A stretch of 64,000 nucleotides of DNA from an uncultured Porphyromonadaceae bacterium (GTDB lineage: Bacteria; Bacteroidota; Bacteroidia; Bacteroidales; Muribaculaceae): positions 70,444-134,443 of the forward strand of contig CABUWI010000006.1 in the NCBI GenBank assembly GCA_902495245.1, read 5' to 3'. The position numbers and the translations under genes are program-made. The notes beneath the pieces are model-generated. The model was not told the origin of the DNA. It ran no database searches and worked only from the letters and a program-made list of their open reading frames with translations. Positions 37,309-47,257 of this stretch are shown in pieces (the stretch's first letter is position 1; each line of letters starts with the position of its first letter).

Positions 37309-38190
37309 TTAGTAGCTGGTGGGGAAGTCGGTGGGGACCACGATGTAGAAGTCGGCGCGGTCGCGGTTGTCGGGGTCGAGGGCGTCGATTTCGTCCTGCC
37401 GCACGGAGGTTACCGTGGCGATTCTGAGGCCGGGCTTGTATTGCTCGAGATAGGGAATGATTCCGCCGCGACAGTCGGAGTGGAACGAACCGTTGATGTG
37501 GAGAAAGGGCCCGGTGAGGTTGCGGGCTATGAACCAGGCCATGGTTGCGTCCTTGAGCGCCTGGGCCTCGGCCATGCGGCGCATCTGCTCGGGCGAGCGG
37601 CGCGACAGCATGGCCATTGCGCCGAACTTGCCGGCGGTTTCATCCTCGTCATAGCTGAAAGACACGGGCAACGGCGGCAGATAGCGCTTGGCCTCGGCCG
37701 AGAGCGAGTCGAGCACGGCGAGGCCGCCCTCGTTGACGGCGGCGGCATAGCGGCGCGGCACGTTGGTGGCCACGAACGGGAGGCCGTTGTCCTTGGCGTA
37801 ATAGACTACGGGATAATAATCGGTCGAGAAGTTATCCCACAGCCGCGCCTCGGCCTCAAAGCGGTCAAATGATATTTTGCGGCTGAGATACTCGTCGAGA
37901 ATCAGCTGATTGTCGGCCTCCATCATCTCCTCGCCCAGCACGAGGCGCGGGCCGTGAATCTTGTGGAGCGCACGGGTGATTTCCTGCTCGAACCAGTGGG
38001 ATATGGGGCAGTTGTGGTTTTCGCCGATGAAGACCACGTCGGCGCGGCCGAGCGAGTCGGCCATGGCGTCGAAATCGACCTCGCGGCCCGCATTGTCGAA
38101 GAGCCTATAGGCCACGGGAGAGGCGGCGAAAGCCGCCGGGAGCATGCAGGCTGCGGCCAGGGCCGCGAGAATGAATCGTTTCATTTCCAT
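37309..38190 (-). CDS. ChaN family lipoprotein-like protein (Cofac_haem_bdg / Tiki-TraB-EreA superfamily)
   Basis: 293 aa with a signal peptide. It has the ADVVFIGENHNCPISHWFEQEI block (GxxH motif) and LGEEMMEADNQ..LDEYL, typical of ChaN-like proteins. Confidence 0.7.
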   Translation of the reverse strand: MEMKRFILAALAAACMLPAAFAASPVAYRLFDNAGREVDFDAMADSLGRADVVFIGENHNCPISHWFEQEITRALHKIHGPRLVLGEEMMEADNQLILDEYLSRKISFDRFEAEARLWDNFSTDYYPVVYYAKDNGLPFVATNVPRRYAAAVNEGGLAVLDSLSAEAKRYLPPLPVSFSYDEDETAGKFGAMAMLSRRSPEQMRRMAEAQALKDATMAWFIARNLTGPFLHINGSFHSDCRGGIIPYLEQYKPGLRIATVTSVRQDEIDALDPDNRDRADFYIVVPTDFPTSY

Positions 38191-38194
38191 TCTA

Positions 38195-41074
38195 TCATTT
38201 AAGTTTTACATCTTCGGCGCTGAGGTAGAGAAGAACGTAGAGCGAGGGGTCGATGTGGGTGCGGAAAGCGTCGCGAACCTCCTCGGGCGTGATTGAGCGG
38301 ATAATCTCGTCGTAGTTCTCGAAATCTTCAAGCGCCTCGCCGTTTTTAATCAGGCCGGTGAGAGTTGTGCGCCACATAGCCGTGGCCGACTCGCTCAGAG
38401 CCTCGCGACGCGCCACGATACACGACTGCTTGATGGCGTCGAGTTCGGCCGGGGCGACCGCTTTGGTGCGCAATTGGTCTACAACAGACATCAGCGCCTC
38501 GTGCACGGCGGGCATGTTGCCGTTTTCGGCCGACGAGTTTATGTCGAAATAGAAATACTTGCGCGGATAGCCCTCATATTGCAGCATTACGTAAGGCGAA
38601 TAAACCAGTGCACGGTGCTCGCGCAGCTCGGCGATGGTGTGGTTGCGCAGCAAGTTCGACATCATTTTCAGCACCAGCGAGTTGCGCAGGCCGGGCGTGT
38701 AGCGTCCGAAAAAGAGATAGTCGAACGCCGTCTGCGAGTCGTTTTCATTGTTGAAGCGCTGGGTCATCACCTCCTTGGGCAAGTTCAGGGCGGAAGTGCC
38801 GGCATAGTTCGGCGCGGCCGATGCGGGCATGCGGCCGAACACCGAGGCGAACTCGCGCGCCACTGAATCGGGCTGCACGTCGCCGCAGACAATATAGGTG
38901 GTGCGGTCGGTGCGGCCATAGAGTTCCTTGAAGAACACGGCCATGCTGTCGAGGCTCATCGCCTTGAGAAAGTCGCGACGCGCGCGGTCGCGGTCTTCAA
39001 CGCCGGCATAGGCCGCCGCATAGTCGAGCGTGTTGCCCATGAGCTCGTCCATGCGGATAAGCAGCTGGCGGTCGGAGGCGCGGCTGAGCATCTTCGAGAG
39101 CACCGACTCGCGGCCGTCATCTTCGAGCATGTCGTTGCGGATTGCCTCGAACTCGCCATACAGCAGCTGGGGGTCGGTAATCTTTTCGTAGAGATAGTTG
39201 AAGGCCTCGTTGGTCGTTGACGGCGTGCAGGCGCCGAGATAGCCGTGCCAGTCGTTCTCGAGGGCCGTAGTCATCGAAATGCCCGACTGATAAAGATATT
39301 CGCCGATGTGCGGCGCCTTGGCAATGCCGCCCATGTCGATATAGCTGGCGGCGCCGCTGAGCAGCGGCAGTTTCTCGGTTGAAATCGCGCCGTAGCCGCC
39401 GGGGCTCACCGAGCCGAACAGCACGGAGCCTTCGTCGTCGGTGGGTCTGACAAGGAGCGTGATGCCGTTTGACAGTTTATATTCATAGAGGTCAAGACCC
39501 TCGTAGTGGCGCGGCGACGAAAGCGTCGACGGGTCAAAGGCGTGGCGCTCGGCAAGCACGGCAGGCGTCGCCACGGGTTCTGAAACCGCCTCGACCGGCT
39601 CGGTGAACACATACATCTGCGTCGGCTCGGCCAGGCCGCGGTTCCACCACCCTATCACGTCGTCAAGGCGGCAGCGGTCAACGTTGCGGTTAGACGTATG
39701 GGCGGCCACGAGCAGCGTGTCGTTATAGTTCGTGAGCCAGCCTGCAAGCACGTCGCGCACCTCGTCGGGCGAAATCGTCCCGACGCCCTGAATCAGCGCC
39801 GCAACCTGCGTGGAATCGGAAATATACCGGTCGCCCGAAATGATATAGTCCGCAAAATCATCACACCAGCCCGACGATGAATTGCCGTGGCCGGCAAGAT
39901 GGCGGAGATTGCGTGCGCGCAGGTCGCGCTGATAGCGGATTTCGTTCTCGTCAAAACCATGGACAAGGGCGCTCTGAACCTCGTTGGCAATGCGGGCCAC
40001 GCACGAGTCGAGCGGCATTTCGCGGCCGGCGCGGGCGCTGAATACCAGATGGTTCGTATTGCCCAGATACCAGGCGTCGCTGACGTCGCCGCGAATCTTG
40101 AGGTCTGACAGGCGACGCGAAAGCGCGTTGACGGCTATGCGCCCGATTTCCTTGCGGCGCGCGTCGTCGATGGTGCGCACCGTGAGCCCCTTGTGAGGAA
40201 TAATCAGCTCGACCGAATCGTGGGTGGTCAGCGAGTCGATGTCGAACATTATCTGACGTCCGGGGTCATACGTCAGCTCATATTTCGTGTAGTCGCTCAC
40301 ATCGCCGCGTTTGAGCGATGAGAACTGCTTGATTATCTGCTTCTCGACGGCCGCGGGGTCAACGTCGCCCACCACGACCACCGCGCCCAGTTGCGGGCGA
40401 TACCATTTGCGGTAATATTCTTTGAGCGTCTTGGCCGTCATGCGGCTCACCTCGTCGGGCGAACCCAGCGGCATGCGGCTCGCAAAGCGGCTCTGGCCTA
40501 TTTTCAGATTATAGAAGGGATCTTCCTGCACCGTGCTTCGCAGCTCTTCGAGAATGATGCCCTTTTCCGTCTCTACACGCTTGGGGTTGATGGTGAGCCG
40601 CTCGGTCCAGTCGCGGATAATCGACAGCGGCTTGGCATAGCCGTCGGCCTTGAGCGAATCGGTTGACGGCGTTGCGAAAAGATAGATTGTGCGGTCGTGG
40701 CCGGTGAAGGCATTGATGTCGATGCCGTAGCGCATGCCGAGCGATTCGAGATAGCTCACCGCCCCGCGGTTGGGAAAGTTGTCCGTGCCGCCGAAGGCGA
40801 TATGCTCCAGAAAGTGGGCGGCGCCCCCCTGGCGGTCATTCTGCTGCACCGACCCCACTTTCCACACAAGGCGGAATTCGGCGCGGCCGGCCGGATAGTC
40901 GTTCGGCAGAATCAGATAGTGGAGCCCGTTGGGCAAAAAGCCTTCCACAGTCCCCGCGGGCAGCGATATGGTGTCGGACAGCTCGGCCGCATCGGCCTGT
41001 CCGAAAGAAAGAAACAGAGCCGTCCCCATGGCGAGGACGGTCTGTTTCAAGAATCGGATAATCTGTATTTTCAC
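38195..41074 (-). CDS. M16 family (pitrilysin/insulinase-like) zinc peptidase, double-unit
   Basis: 959 aa with a signal peptide and an apparent GTG start. It has the inverted zinc motif HxxEH (AAHFLEHIAFGGT) and downstream Glu-containing blocks. The second half repeats the M16 fold without the motif. Confidence 0.88.
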   Translation of the reverse strand: MKIQIIRFLKQTVLAMGTALFLSFGQADAAELSDTISLPAGTVEGFLPNGLHYLILPNDYPAGRAEFRLVWKVGSVQQNDRQGGAAHFLEHIAFGGTDNFPNRGAVSYLESLGMRYGIDINAFTGHDRTIYLFATPSTDSLKADGYAKPLSIIRDWTERLTINPKRVETEKGIILEELRSTVQEDPFYNLKIGQSRFASRMPLGSPDEVSRMTAKTLKEYYRKWYRPQLGAVVVVGDVDPAAVEKQIIKQFSSLKRGDVSDYTKYELTYDPGRQIMFDIDSLTTHDSVELIIPHKGLTVRTIDDARRKEIGRIAVNALSRRLSDLKIRGDVSDAWYLGNTNHLVFSARAGREMPLDSCVARIANEVQSALVHGFDENEIRYQRDLRARNLRHLAGHGNSSSGWCDDFADYIISGDRYISDSTQVAALIQGVGTISPDEVRDVLAGWLTNYNDTLLVAAHTSNRNVDRCRLDDVIGWWNRGLAEPTQMYVFTEPVEAVSEPVATPAVLAERHAFDPSTLSSPRHYEGLDLYEYKLSNGITLLVRPTDDEGSVLFGSVSPGGYGAISTEKLPLLSGAASYIDMGGIAKAPHIGEYLYQSGISMTTALENDWHGYLGACTPSTTNEAFNYLYEKITDPQLLYGEFEAIRNDMLEDDGRESVLSKMLSRASDRQLLIRMDELMGNTLDYAAAYAGVEDRDRARRDFLKAMSLDSMAVFFKELYGRTDRTTYIVCGDVQPDSVAREFASVFGRMPASAAPNYAGTSALNLPKEVMTQRFNNENDSQTAFDYLFFGRYTPGLRNSLVLKMMSNLLRNHTIAELREHRALVYSPYVMLQYEGYPRKYFYFDINSSAENGNMPAVHEALMSVVDQLRTKAVAPAELDAIKQSCIVARREALSESATAMWRTTLTGLIKNGEALEDFENYDEIIRSITPEEVRDAFRTHIDPSLYVLLYLSAEDVKLK

Positions 41075-41111
41075 TTTGCGGTTTTATAGATTCGTGGTTG
41101 AAATTCGAGCT

Positions 41112-41119
41112 CAAATTTA
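41112..41119 (-). promoter_or_regulatory. possible internal -7 box TAAATTTG upstream of the M16 gene, inside a 2 x 11-nt tandem repeat
   Basis: agctcaaattt is duplicated in tandem at 41108-41129. The reverse complement of 41112-41119 is TAAATTTG, 38 nt upstream of the M16 start. The second copy reads GAAATTTG. Confidence 0.4.
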
Positions 41120-41131
41120 GCTCAAATTTCT

Positions 41132-42409
41132 TTATTTCGCAAGTGTGTAAGTAACTTTTACGCGCGAATAGCCATACTGGTCGGCGTGGTCGAAGGGGAA
41201 TTCAAAGGTCATGATGCCGTTGGCGAAGTCAATCTTGCCGGTCGGTGCGACATAGAGGTTGTTGTCTTCGACCTCCCAGTAGTCCTCGTTCACGCTGTTC
41301 ATGCCCAGATACGATTTCGGATTGGCCGTGATGCTGTAGGTCATCAGCTCGATTGCATCGGGGTCATTCGCGGCAATTTTGTCGAGATTGCGGTTCCATG
41401 CGCTGTAGTTGTAGGCAAAAGGAATCCACGACTCGTGGTCGATATACCAGTCATCTTCAATCAGCGAATTGTAAATATGGTTGCCGTTCTTGTCGAGAAC
41501 ATAGTCGTCGCCTTCGACAACGAACTCAAGGTCGGCGGTCTGTGTTGCGGCGTCGTAGTTGACAATCTTGATGTCGGGCAGCGAAACCTCGAACGTTTCG
41601 GCAGAGGTCGAGTTCCAGCCGAGCAGGCTCATCAGACGCAGGCTTTCGGGAGCAGCCTCGGGGTCTTCGTCATAAGCGAAATATTCCTTGTCGTCAACCG
41701 TGAGCTTGCGGAAGCTGTCATACAGATAGTCGCGCATGCCCATGGGGTTGGCGGCCATGGTCAGGGTCGGGGTCTCGACGGTTGCCTCGTCGCCAAGGGT
41801 GATGGCAGTCGTGCCGCCCAGCTGAATCGTGGCTGCTTCGATAAACGGAGCGCGGGCGCCCGAGCCGGGGAACTCGATGATGCCCTGCAGGGCGATGTTG
41901 CCAATCCATTGGCCCAGGTCGAAGCCTTTGGCCTCGTTGATGCTGCTGATGAGTGCGCGCTGCTCGGCGGTCAGTTCGGCCAGCGACGAGTGGGGCGTTA
42001 CGTTGAAAATGGCTGCCGAGGCCATTTCATAGCCTGTGGGCACCGATGCGAGGGCAACGGTGAGAGTAACGGGAGCCTCCAGCTCTACGTCGGTGGTCTT
42101 CACGCGGAAAGAGGCGGCGCGCGAGCCGGCGGTTACGGTTACGGGATTGTCGAGAATCTCCATCGCTTCGGCGTGGTCGCCGGTAACGGCAAAGGTAAAG
42201 GTCACGTCGGCCTTGGCATTCTGGCTCAGGTCGACGTTGATGGTGATTTCGTCGGCATAGTTGACGGGAATGTCGGTGGTGCCGTCAACGACTGTGAGGT
42301 AGATTTTGTTTTTTACTTCAGGGTCGCCGCCGTCATCGTCCTTACATGAAACGGCGCCAAGCGCGAGGGTCAGCACGGCGGCCGACGCGAGATACTTGAT
42401 TGCATTCAT
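41132..42409 (-). CDS. hypothetical surface lipoprotein in the SusE/F position of the locus
   Basis: 425 aa. It has a signal peptide with a lipobox (LALGAVSCKDDD) and a beta-rich sequence. It follows the SusD-like gene directly. I recognise no family. Confidence 0.6.
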   Translation of the reverse strand: MNAIKYLASAAVLTLALGAVSCKDDDGGDPEVKNKIYLTVVDGTTDIPVNYADEITINVDLSQNAKADVTFTFAVTGDHAEAMEILDNPVTVTAGSRAASFRVKTTDVELEAPVTLTVALASVPTGYEMASAAIFNVTPHSSLAELTAEQRALISSINEAKGFDLGQWIGNIALQGIIEFPGSGARAPFIEAATIQLGGTTAITLGDEATVETPTLTMAANPMGMRDYLYDSFRKLTVDDKEYFAYDEDPEAAPESLRLMSLLGWNSTSAETFEVSLPDIKIVNYDAATQTADLEFVVEGDDYVLDKNGNHIYNSLIEDDWYIDHESWIPFAYNYSAWNRNLDKIAANDPDAIELMTYSITANPKSYLGMNSVNEDYWEVEDNNLYVAPTGKIDFANGIMTFEFPFDHADQYGYSRVKVTYTLAK

Positions 42410-42458
42410 TGCGAAATGAAATTTGTAATGATTAAAATGTTGGTTTGTTAATTGTTTA

Positions 42459-43877
42459 TCAATCGTTGAAGGAGTTCTTGGGCCATACGGGGTTCTGGCT
42501 CATGTTCTCGTTATAAAGATATTCGTCGCGCGGAATCGGCCAGAGCCAGCGGTAGTCGTCGGCCGCGATTCGGCGTTCGGCGCTCTGACCCGACGTCCAG
42601 TCGGCAAGCACCGTGCGGCGATAGTGCTTCAGGTCAAACCAGCGCTCGCCCTCGCCGACGAATTCCTTGTGCTTCTCGGCGAGAATGGCCCGCAACAGCG
42701 GCGTGCCTCTCAGCCCGGGGTCGACCGTCGGGGCGCCGCGCTGCGTCAGATAGTCGTTGAGCACACCGACGGCCTTATCCTCGTTCTCGCCGTCGAGCGC
42801 ATAGGCCTGAGCCAGAATGAACACCGCGCCCGACAGGCGCATCTTCACAATCTGCGAAATCGTTTTCTGCTGCTTGCGCAAGGCGTTATACTTGCCCATA
42901 TAAGACTGGAATCCCAACGTGGGCGACGTCGTTTCAAACAGACACCAGGCGCGGCGGCAGTCGTCGGCGTCATATGAGCTGACAAGCGCCGGTGCCACCG
43001 AGAAATAATCGCCGGCATCGCGGTCATAGACGATGTCGAGATAGAAAGTCTCGGATTTGTCGACATTGCCGTAGGTCAGAATGCGTTCGGCGCAGTTGTC
43101 TTCGGTCCATAGATTGTTGTAGGCCGCAGGCGCCAGAACGTCGGTGCCGATTTCGTCGATAAGGGTCTTGGCCAGTTCGGCGGCGCGGCCGTAATTGCCG
43201 GCATAGAGCTCGACCTCGGCGGCAAGATAGCGCGTGGCGTTGAGCGAGAACCAGTGGGTCTCGGCCATGGTGCGCGTCTCGACCTGCAGCGCGTCGCCCA
43301 GCAGCGTGCGTATGGCCTCGACCGAGGCCTTGACCGACGAGCGGCTGAGGTTCTGCATCTTAACGGCATCTTTGAGCACTATGGCGTCGGCGTCGGGGCC
43401 GTCGGCATAATCCGGGCCGTAAATGCGCACCAACTGGAAGTAGCAATATGCCTTCAGCGCCTTGGCCTCGGCCGTGATTTCGGCAAGCAGGGCGCGCTCG
43501 CCGTCGTTCTGAGCCTTGATTGCGGGCATGCGCTCGAGCAGGGCGTTGATGGTGGAGATGACAGAATAATATTGCGGCCAGAGCGACGCCGAGATATCCT
43601 GAAACGACTGCGGTTGCCAGTTGTAGGCGTTGATTGACGACGGATTGTTGCGCGCCCACGCCGTCGGGGCGAAGTCATCGGCAAAGACCGACAGGTCATA
43701 TTCCGGGTTGGGCAGAGCGCTGTAGGCCGTGGCCAGCAGTTCGCGGGCAGTGCCGGGCGTAGAGATGGCGTCGGGGTCTGAGAACTGGTTCTCATAGGGC
43801 ACATCGAGCGAGCAGCCGCCGGCCAGTGCGCCGAAAACCGACAGAATTGCCGTATATAAAATTTCCTTTGTCTTCAT
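42459..43877 (-). CDS. RagB/SusD family nutrient-binding outer membrane lipoprotein
   Basis: 472 aa. It has a lipobox (GALAGGCS), a TPR-like helical SusD pattern (LRAYCYFQLVRIYG, RWFDLKHYRR), and sits 3 nt after the SusC-like gene. Confidence 0.88.
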   Translation of the reverse strand: MKTKEILYTAILSVFGALAGGCSLDVPYENQFSDPDAISTPGTARELLATAYSALPNPEYDLSVFADDFAPTAWARNNPSSINAYNWQPQSFQDISASLWPQYYSVISTINALLERMPAIKAQNDGERALLAEITAEAKALKAYCYFQLVRIYGPDYADGPDADAIVLKDAVKMQNLSRSSVKASVEAIRTLLGDALQVETRTMAETHWFSLNATRYLAAEVELYAGNYGRAAELAKTLIDEIGTDVLAPAAYNNLWTEDNCAERILTYGNVDKSETFYLDIVYDRDAGDYFSVAPALVSSYDADDCRRAWCLFETTSPTLGFQSYMGKYNALRKQQKTISQIVKMRLSGAVFILAQAYALDGENEDKAVGVLNDYLTQRGAPTVDPGLRGTPLLRAILAEKHKEFVGEGERWFDLKHYRRTVLADWTSGQSAERRIAADDYRWLWPIPRDEYLYNENMSQNPVWPKNSFND

Positions 43878-43880
43878 TTT

Positions 43881-46800
43881 TCAGAACGTAACACTGAGGT
43901 TGAGCGTAACGACGGGCTGAATGGCGGCGCCGAGTTGTCCGGTCTCGGGGTCAGACTCGTCGTAGGGGGTGATGGTGAAAAGGTTTGATGCCTGCAGGGC
44001 CACCGACGCATATTTAATCACGCCGTGAGTGCGGTCGAGAATGCGGCGGGGGAAGCGATAGCGGAACGAGAGCATCGACATGCGCAGATAGTCGCTGCGG
44101 CCGGTGTTGTGCGTGTTGGCATACGAGAGCGTCTCGATTGCCGACGACGAATAGAACGGCGAGGCATATTGCTTGTCCGTGTCGCCGCGGTGCAGCCACA
44201 TTGTCTGCGTCAGCCCGGCCAGGGCGTTCATGTTCACGTTGTCGCGGTCGCGCACATAGGTGTAGCTATACTGGCGCTTGCCGCCGGCCACCCAGTAGAA
44301 GTCGGCGTCAAGCTCGAACTCGCGCCATGCCAGGCTCAGGTTCACCGTGCCTGAATAAGGCGGCGTCAGGTGGCCGATTTCAACGAAGTCGTCGCGGGTC
44401 AGCTTAGTCTTGCCCGGCTCGATTTCGCGGCCGCCGGCACCGATGAACACGGGCAGGCCCGTAACGGCGTTGATGCCGCCCCACTGCAGCCCGTAAAGCA
44501 TGTCATAAGGTTTGCCGACCTCGAAGTCGGGAATCAGCGACGACTCTGAGGTGTAGATTTTGTCGGCATAATAGAGGTCGACAACTTCGTTGCGGTTGTA
44601 GGCCACCGAGGCGCCCAGACGGAAGCGGAAGTCGCGCACAATGTCGGGCAGCGTGTATGAGGCGCTGATTTCTATGCCGTCGTTGCGCAGGGTGCCCATG
44701 TTGCGCTTCATCATGTTGAAGCCGTTAGACGAGGCCACGGGCACGTCGAGCAGGGCGTCGGCCGTTTCGCGCCTGTACCACCCGAAGTCAATGTTGACGC
44801 TGCGGAAGAGGCCCAGCTGAACGCCGGCATCAATCGAGGTTGTGTGCTCAGGTTTGAGGTCGGTGTTGTAGAGCGCGAGCAGTTGCAGCAGGCGCTGGGT
44901 GCCGTAGGTGTCTTCGAGATAGGCGAACGTGCCGATGGTCTGCGCGGCGCTCACGCCCGCAAGGCTGGCCGTCTGGCCGTATGAGCCTTTGAAGTTGAGG
45001 CGCGACAGCACCGGATTGCCGTTCAGAAAGTTATACTGTGTCGGTGTCCACCCCAGGCCCGCGGCCCAGGCGCTGTTCCAGCGCTTTGACGACGGAAGCA
45101 CCGACGAGGCGTCGAGCTTGTAGGTGGCGAAGAGGTCATAGGTGTGATCGAACGTATAGCCGGCCACGGCGCCGACACCCAGCTGCACCACCTTCTCCTT
45201 CAGCGAGGCCACGGCCGGCTTGCGGCTGCCGGTAATCGACTGGTTGATGAGCGCGGCCGAGGCGTGGTTGCCGACGCCGTAGCCGGTGATGCCGAGGTTG
45301 TCAGTATCGGTCAGATAATAGTCGTGGTTGAGACTGAGCGTCAGGTCATGCTTGTCGTTGAACAGTTTGTTATAGAGCGCGCGTATGTTATACGAGAAGT
45401 TGAGCACGGTGTTCATGCTCTTGCTCAAGCGCCCCAGCTCGGCGGCGGGGAAGCCGCTCTGCTGTTCGGAATAAGACGACGCGGGCGTGAAGTGAACCAC
45501 CTCAGAAACCATGTAGTCCAGACCGGCGACGGCTGAAATCTCGCCGCCCTCGAAGGGCCGCAGGTTGATTGAGGCCGACGCGCCGCCGCGCTTGTCGTTG
45601 CTGTTGCTCTCGAACTGCTTCTGCAGGTCGTTGAACGTGCGGTTGGGATAGGACCAGAGTTTGCCGCCCGAGGGAGTCTCGTAGGGATTCAGATTATACA
45701 CGAGCGACGACGGCGAGAAGTCGCTGCCGTTGGGCGACTTGGTCTCGGTGTAGCCGCCGTCCATGTTGAACGAGAAGTAGCCTATCGAGCCGAGCTGCTG
45801 GTCAATGCCCAGGCGCAGGTTGCCGCGAAGGGTGTTGTTGCCCTTCACCTGGCCGCCCTGACTTGAAAAATTGCCCGACAGGAAGTAAGAGGTCTTTTCG
45901 TTGCCGCCGCGCACCGAAATGTTGTGGCTCTGATAGAGGGCCAGCCTCATCAGCTCGTCAAACCAGTCGGTGTTGATTGCGCGCAGCGAGTCGAGCGTGG
46001 CGGCGCCTTCGGCAATGAGCTGCTGCAGGCGCGGGTTGTTGCGCTCGTAGCGGTTATAGTAGTCGGGGCTGTAGCGATAGCCCGGCGCGGCCGGATTGCC
46101 CATCAGGCGCTCGAATTCAAGCTTTTCGGCGCTGTCCATGGTGTGGATTCCGCGGCGCCCCTTGAATGTTACGCCCATGTTGAGGCTATAAGTAACGTCG
46201 ATGCCGCCCGACTGAGTGCCGCGCTGCGAGGAGATTTCAATGACGCCGTTGGCGGCCTTGATGCCGTAGAGCGCGCATGCGGCGGCGTCTTTCAGCACCT
46301 TGATTTCGCGAATGTCCTGCGGATTGAGCGTGTTGAAGGCATCTGACGAAATGACCTTGCCGTCAAGAACGTATAGCGGCTCGTTGGCCGCATCGCCCGT
46401 GCGCAGCGACTGGTTGCCGCGAATGCGTATTTTCGGTTTCGAGCCGAGCTCGCCCGAGTTGGTTACTATCAGGCCGGGCACCGAACCCTGCAGCGCCAGG
46501 CCGAGGTCAACCATCGGCTTTTCGTTCAGGCGCTTCATGTCAACGGTCTGCACCACACCCGACCGGCTGCGAATGTCAATGGCGTTGATGTTGCTCTCGG
46601 CGCTCACAACCACCTCTTTGAGCATATTGTCGTCGCTCTCCATGGCGGCGTCCTGCTGCTCCTGGCCGTCATAGGTGAACTCAACCGGCTTCATGCCGAC
46701 GCAACTGAACTGTATTTTGGCGCCGCGCTTGAAGCGTCCGCGCAACAGATAGAAACCGTCGGCATCGGTCATGGTGCCATAGGGCGACGATTTGATTTTA

Positions 46801-46949
46801 ACCACAACTCCAGGAAGAGTCTCGCCGTGATGGTCGGTAACCACCCCGGTCAGCACGCGTTCGGGGGCGGTCTCTTCGGCCGCCGCTGAAATCGGCGACA
46901 TCAAAAGACCCGCAAACAGTGCCGTGAGCAAAAAGACATAACGTATCAT
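43881..46949 (-). CDS. SusC/RagA family TonB-linked outer membrane protein
   Basis: It has a signal peptide, a CarboxypepD_reg domain (LTGVVTDHHGETLPGVVVKIK), a plug (GSVPGLIVTNSGELGSKPKIRIRGNQSL) and a large barrel ending in LNLSVTF. I chose the ATG at 46949 (MIRYVFLL) because a -7 box lies at 46972-46979, inside the longer track ORF. Confidence 0.9.
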   Translation of the reverse strand: MIRYVFLLTALFAGLLMSPISAAAEETAPERVLTGVVTDHHGETLPGVVVKIKSSPYGTMTDADGFYLLRGRFKRGAKIQFSCVGMKPVEFTYDGQEQQDAAMESDDNMLKEVVVSAESNINAIDIRSRSGVVQTVDMKRLNEKPMVDLGLALQGSVPGLIVTNSGELGSKPKIRIRGNQSLRTGDAANEPLYVLDGKVISSDAFNTLNPQDIREIKVLKDAAACALYGIKAANGVIEISSQRGTQSGGIDVTYSLNMGVTFKGRRGIHTMDSAEKLEFERLMGNPAAPGYRYSPDYYNRYERNNPRLQQLIAEGAATLDSLRAINTDWFDELMRLALYQSHNISVRGGNEKTSYFLSGNFSSQGGQVKGNNTLRGNLRLGIDQQLGSIGYFSFNMDGGYTETKSPNGSDFSPSSLVYNLNPYETPSGGKLWSYPNRTFNDLQKQFESNSNDKRGGASASINLRPFEGGEISAVAGLDYMVSEVVHFTPASSYSEQQSGFPAAELGRLSKSMNTVLNFSYNIRALYNKLFNDKHDLTLSLNHDYYLTDTDNLGITGYGVGNHASAALINQSITGSRKPAVASLKEKVVQLGVGAVAGYTFDHTYDLFATYKLDASSVLPSSKRWNSAWAAGLGWTPTQYNFLNGNPVLSRLNFKGSYGQTASLAGVSAAQTIGTFAYLEDTYGTQRLLQLLALYNTDLKPEHTTSIDAGVQLGLFRSVNIDFGWYRRETADALLDVPVASSNGFNMMKRNMGTLRNDGIEISASYTLPDIVRDFRFRLGASVAYNRNEVVDLYYADKIYTSESSLIPDFEVGKPYDMLYGLQWGGINAVTGLPVFIGAGGREIEPGKTKLTRDDFVEIGHLTPPYSGTVNLSLAWREFELDADFYWVAGGKRQYSYTYVRDRDNVNMNALAGLTQTMWLHRGDTDKQYASPFYSSSAIETLSYANTHNTGRSDYLRMSMLSFRYRFPRRILDRTHGVIKYASVALQASNLFTITPYDESDPETGQLGAAIQPVVTLNLSVTF

Positions 46950-46971
46950 GCAATCCATTTGTAAAGTTTTG

Positions 46972-46979
46972 CAAAAGTA
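46972..46979 (-). promoter_or_regulatory. -7 box TACTTTTG upstream of the SusC-like gene
   Basis: The reverse complement of caaaagta is TACTTTTG. It lies 23 nt upstream of the ATG at 46949. Confidence 0.5.
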
Positions 46980-47099
46980 CATATAATTTCACAAATAGCC
47001 AACATTTTGCCACATTTTAACCCTAATTTTTAACATTTGGAAATTTGCATATGGCATTTTTACCCACAAAATACTATTGCGGATATTGGATATTTTTTG

Positions 47100-47107
47100 T
47101 AAATTTG
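47100..47107 (+). promoter_or_regulatory. -7 box TAAATTTG, candidate promoter of the CHASE2-caspase operon
   Basis: It is an exact TAnnTTTG match on the plus strand within the AT-rich divergent region. It lies ~150 nt upstream of the ATG at 47258, which implies a long leader. Confidence 0.4.
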
Positions 47108-47257
47108 CGGCGTACAACACCAATCTCATGCTCACACAACATCACAAACACACTGCAAATCAACGTTTTATTCGTTTCTCGCAACAGGTTTGCATGAGCG
47201 CGGAACACCCTGCGCCTCGCCGTTGTGCGCGCTTTAACATACCTTTACAATAGCAGC

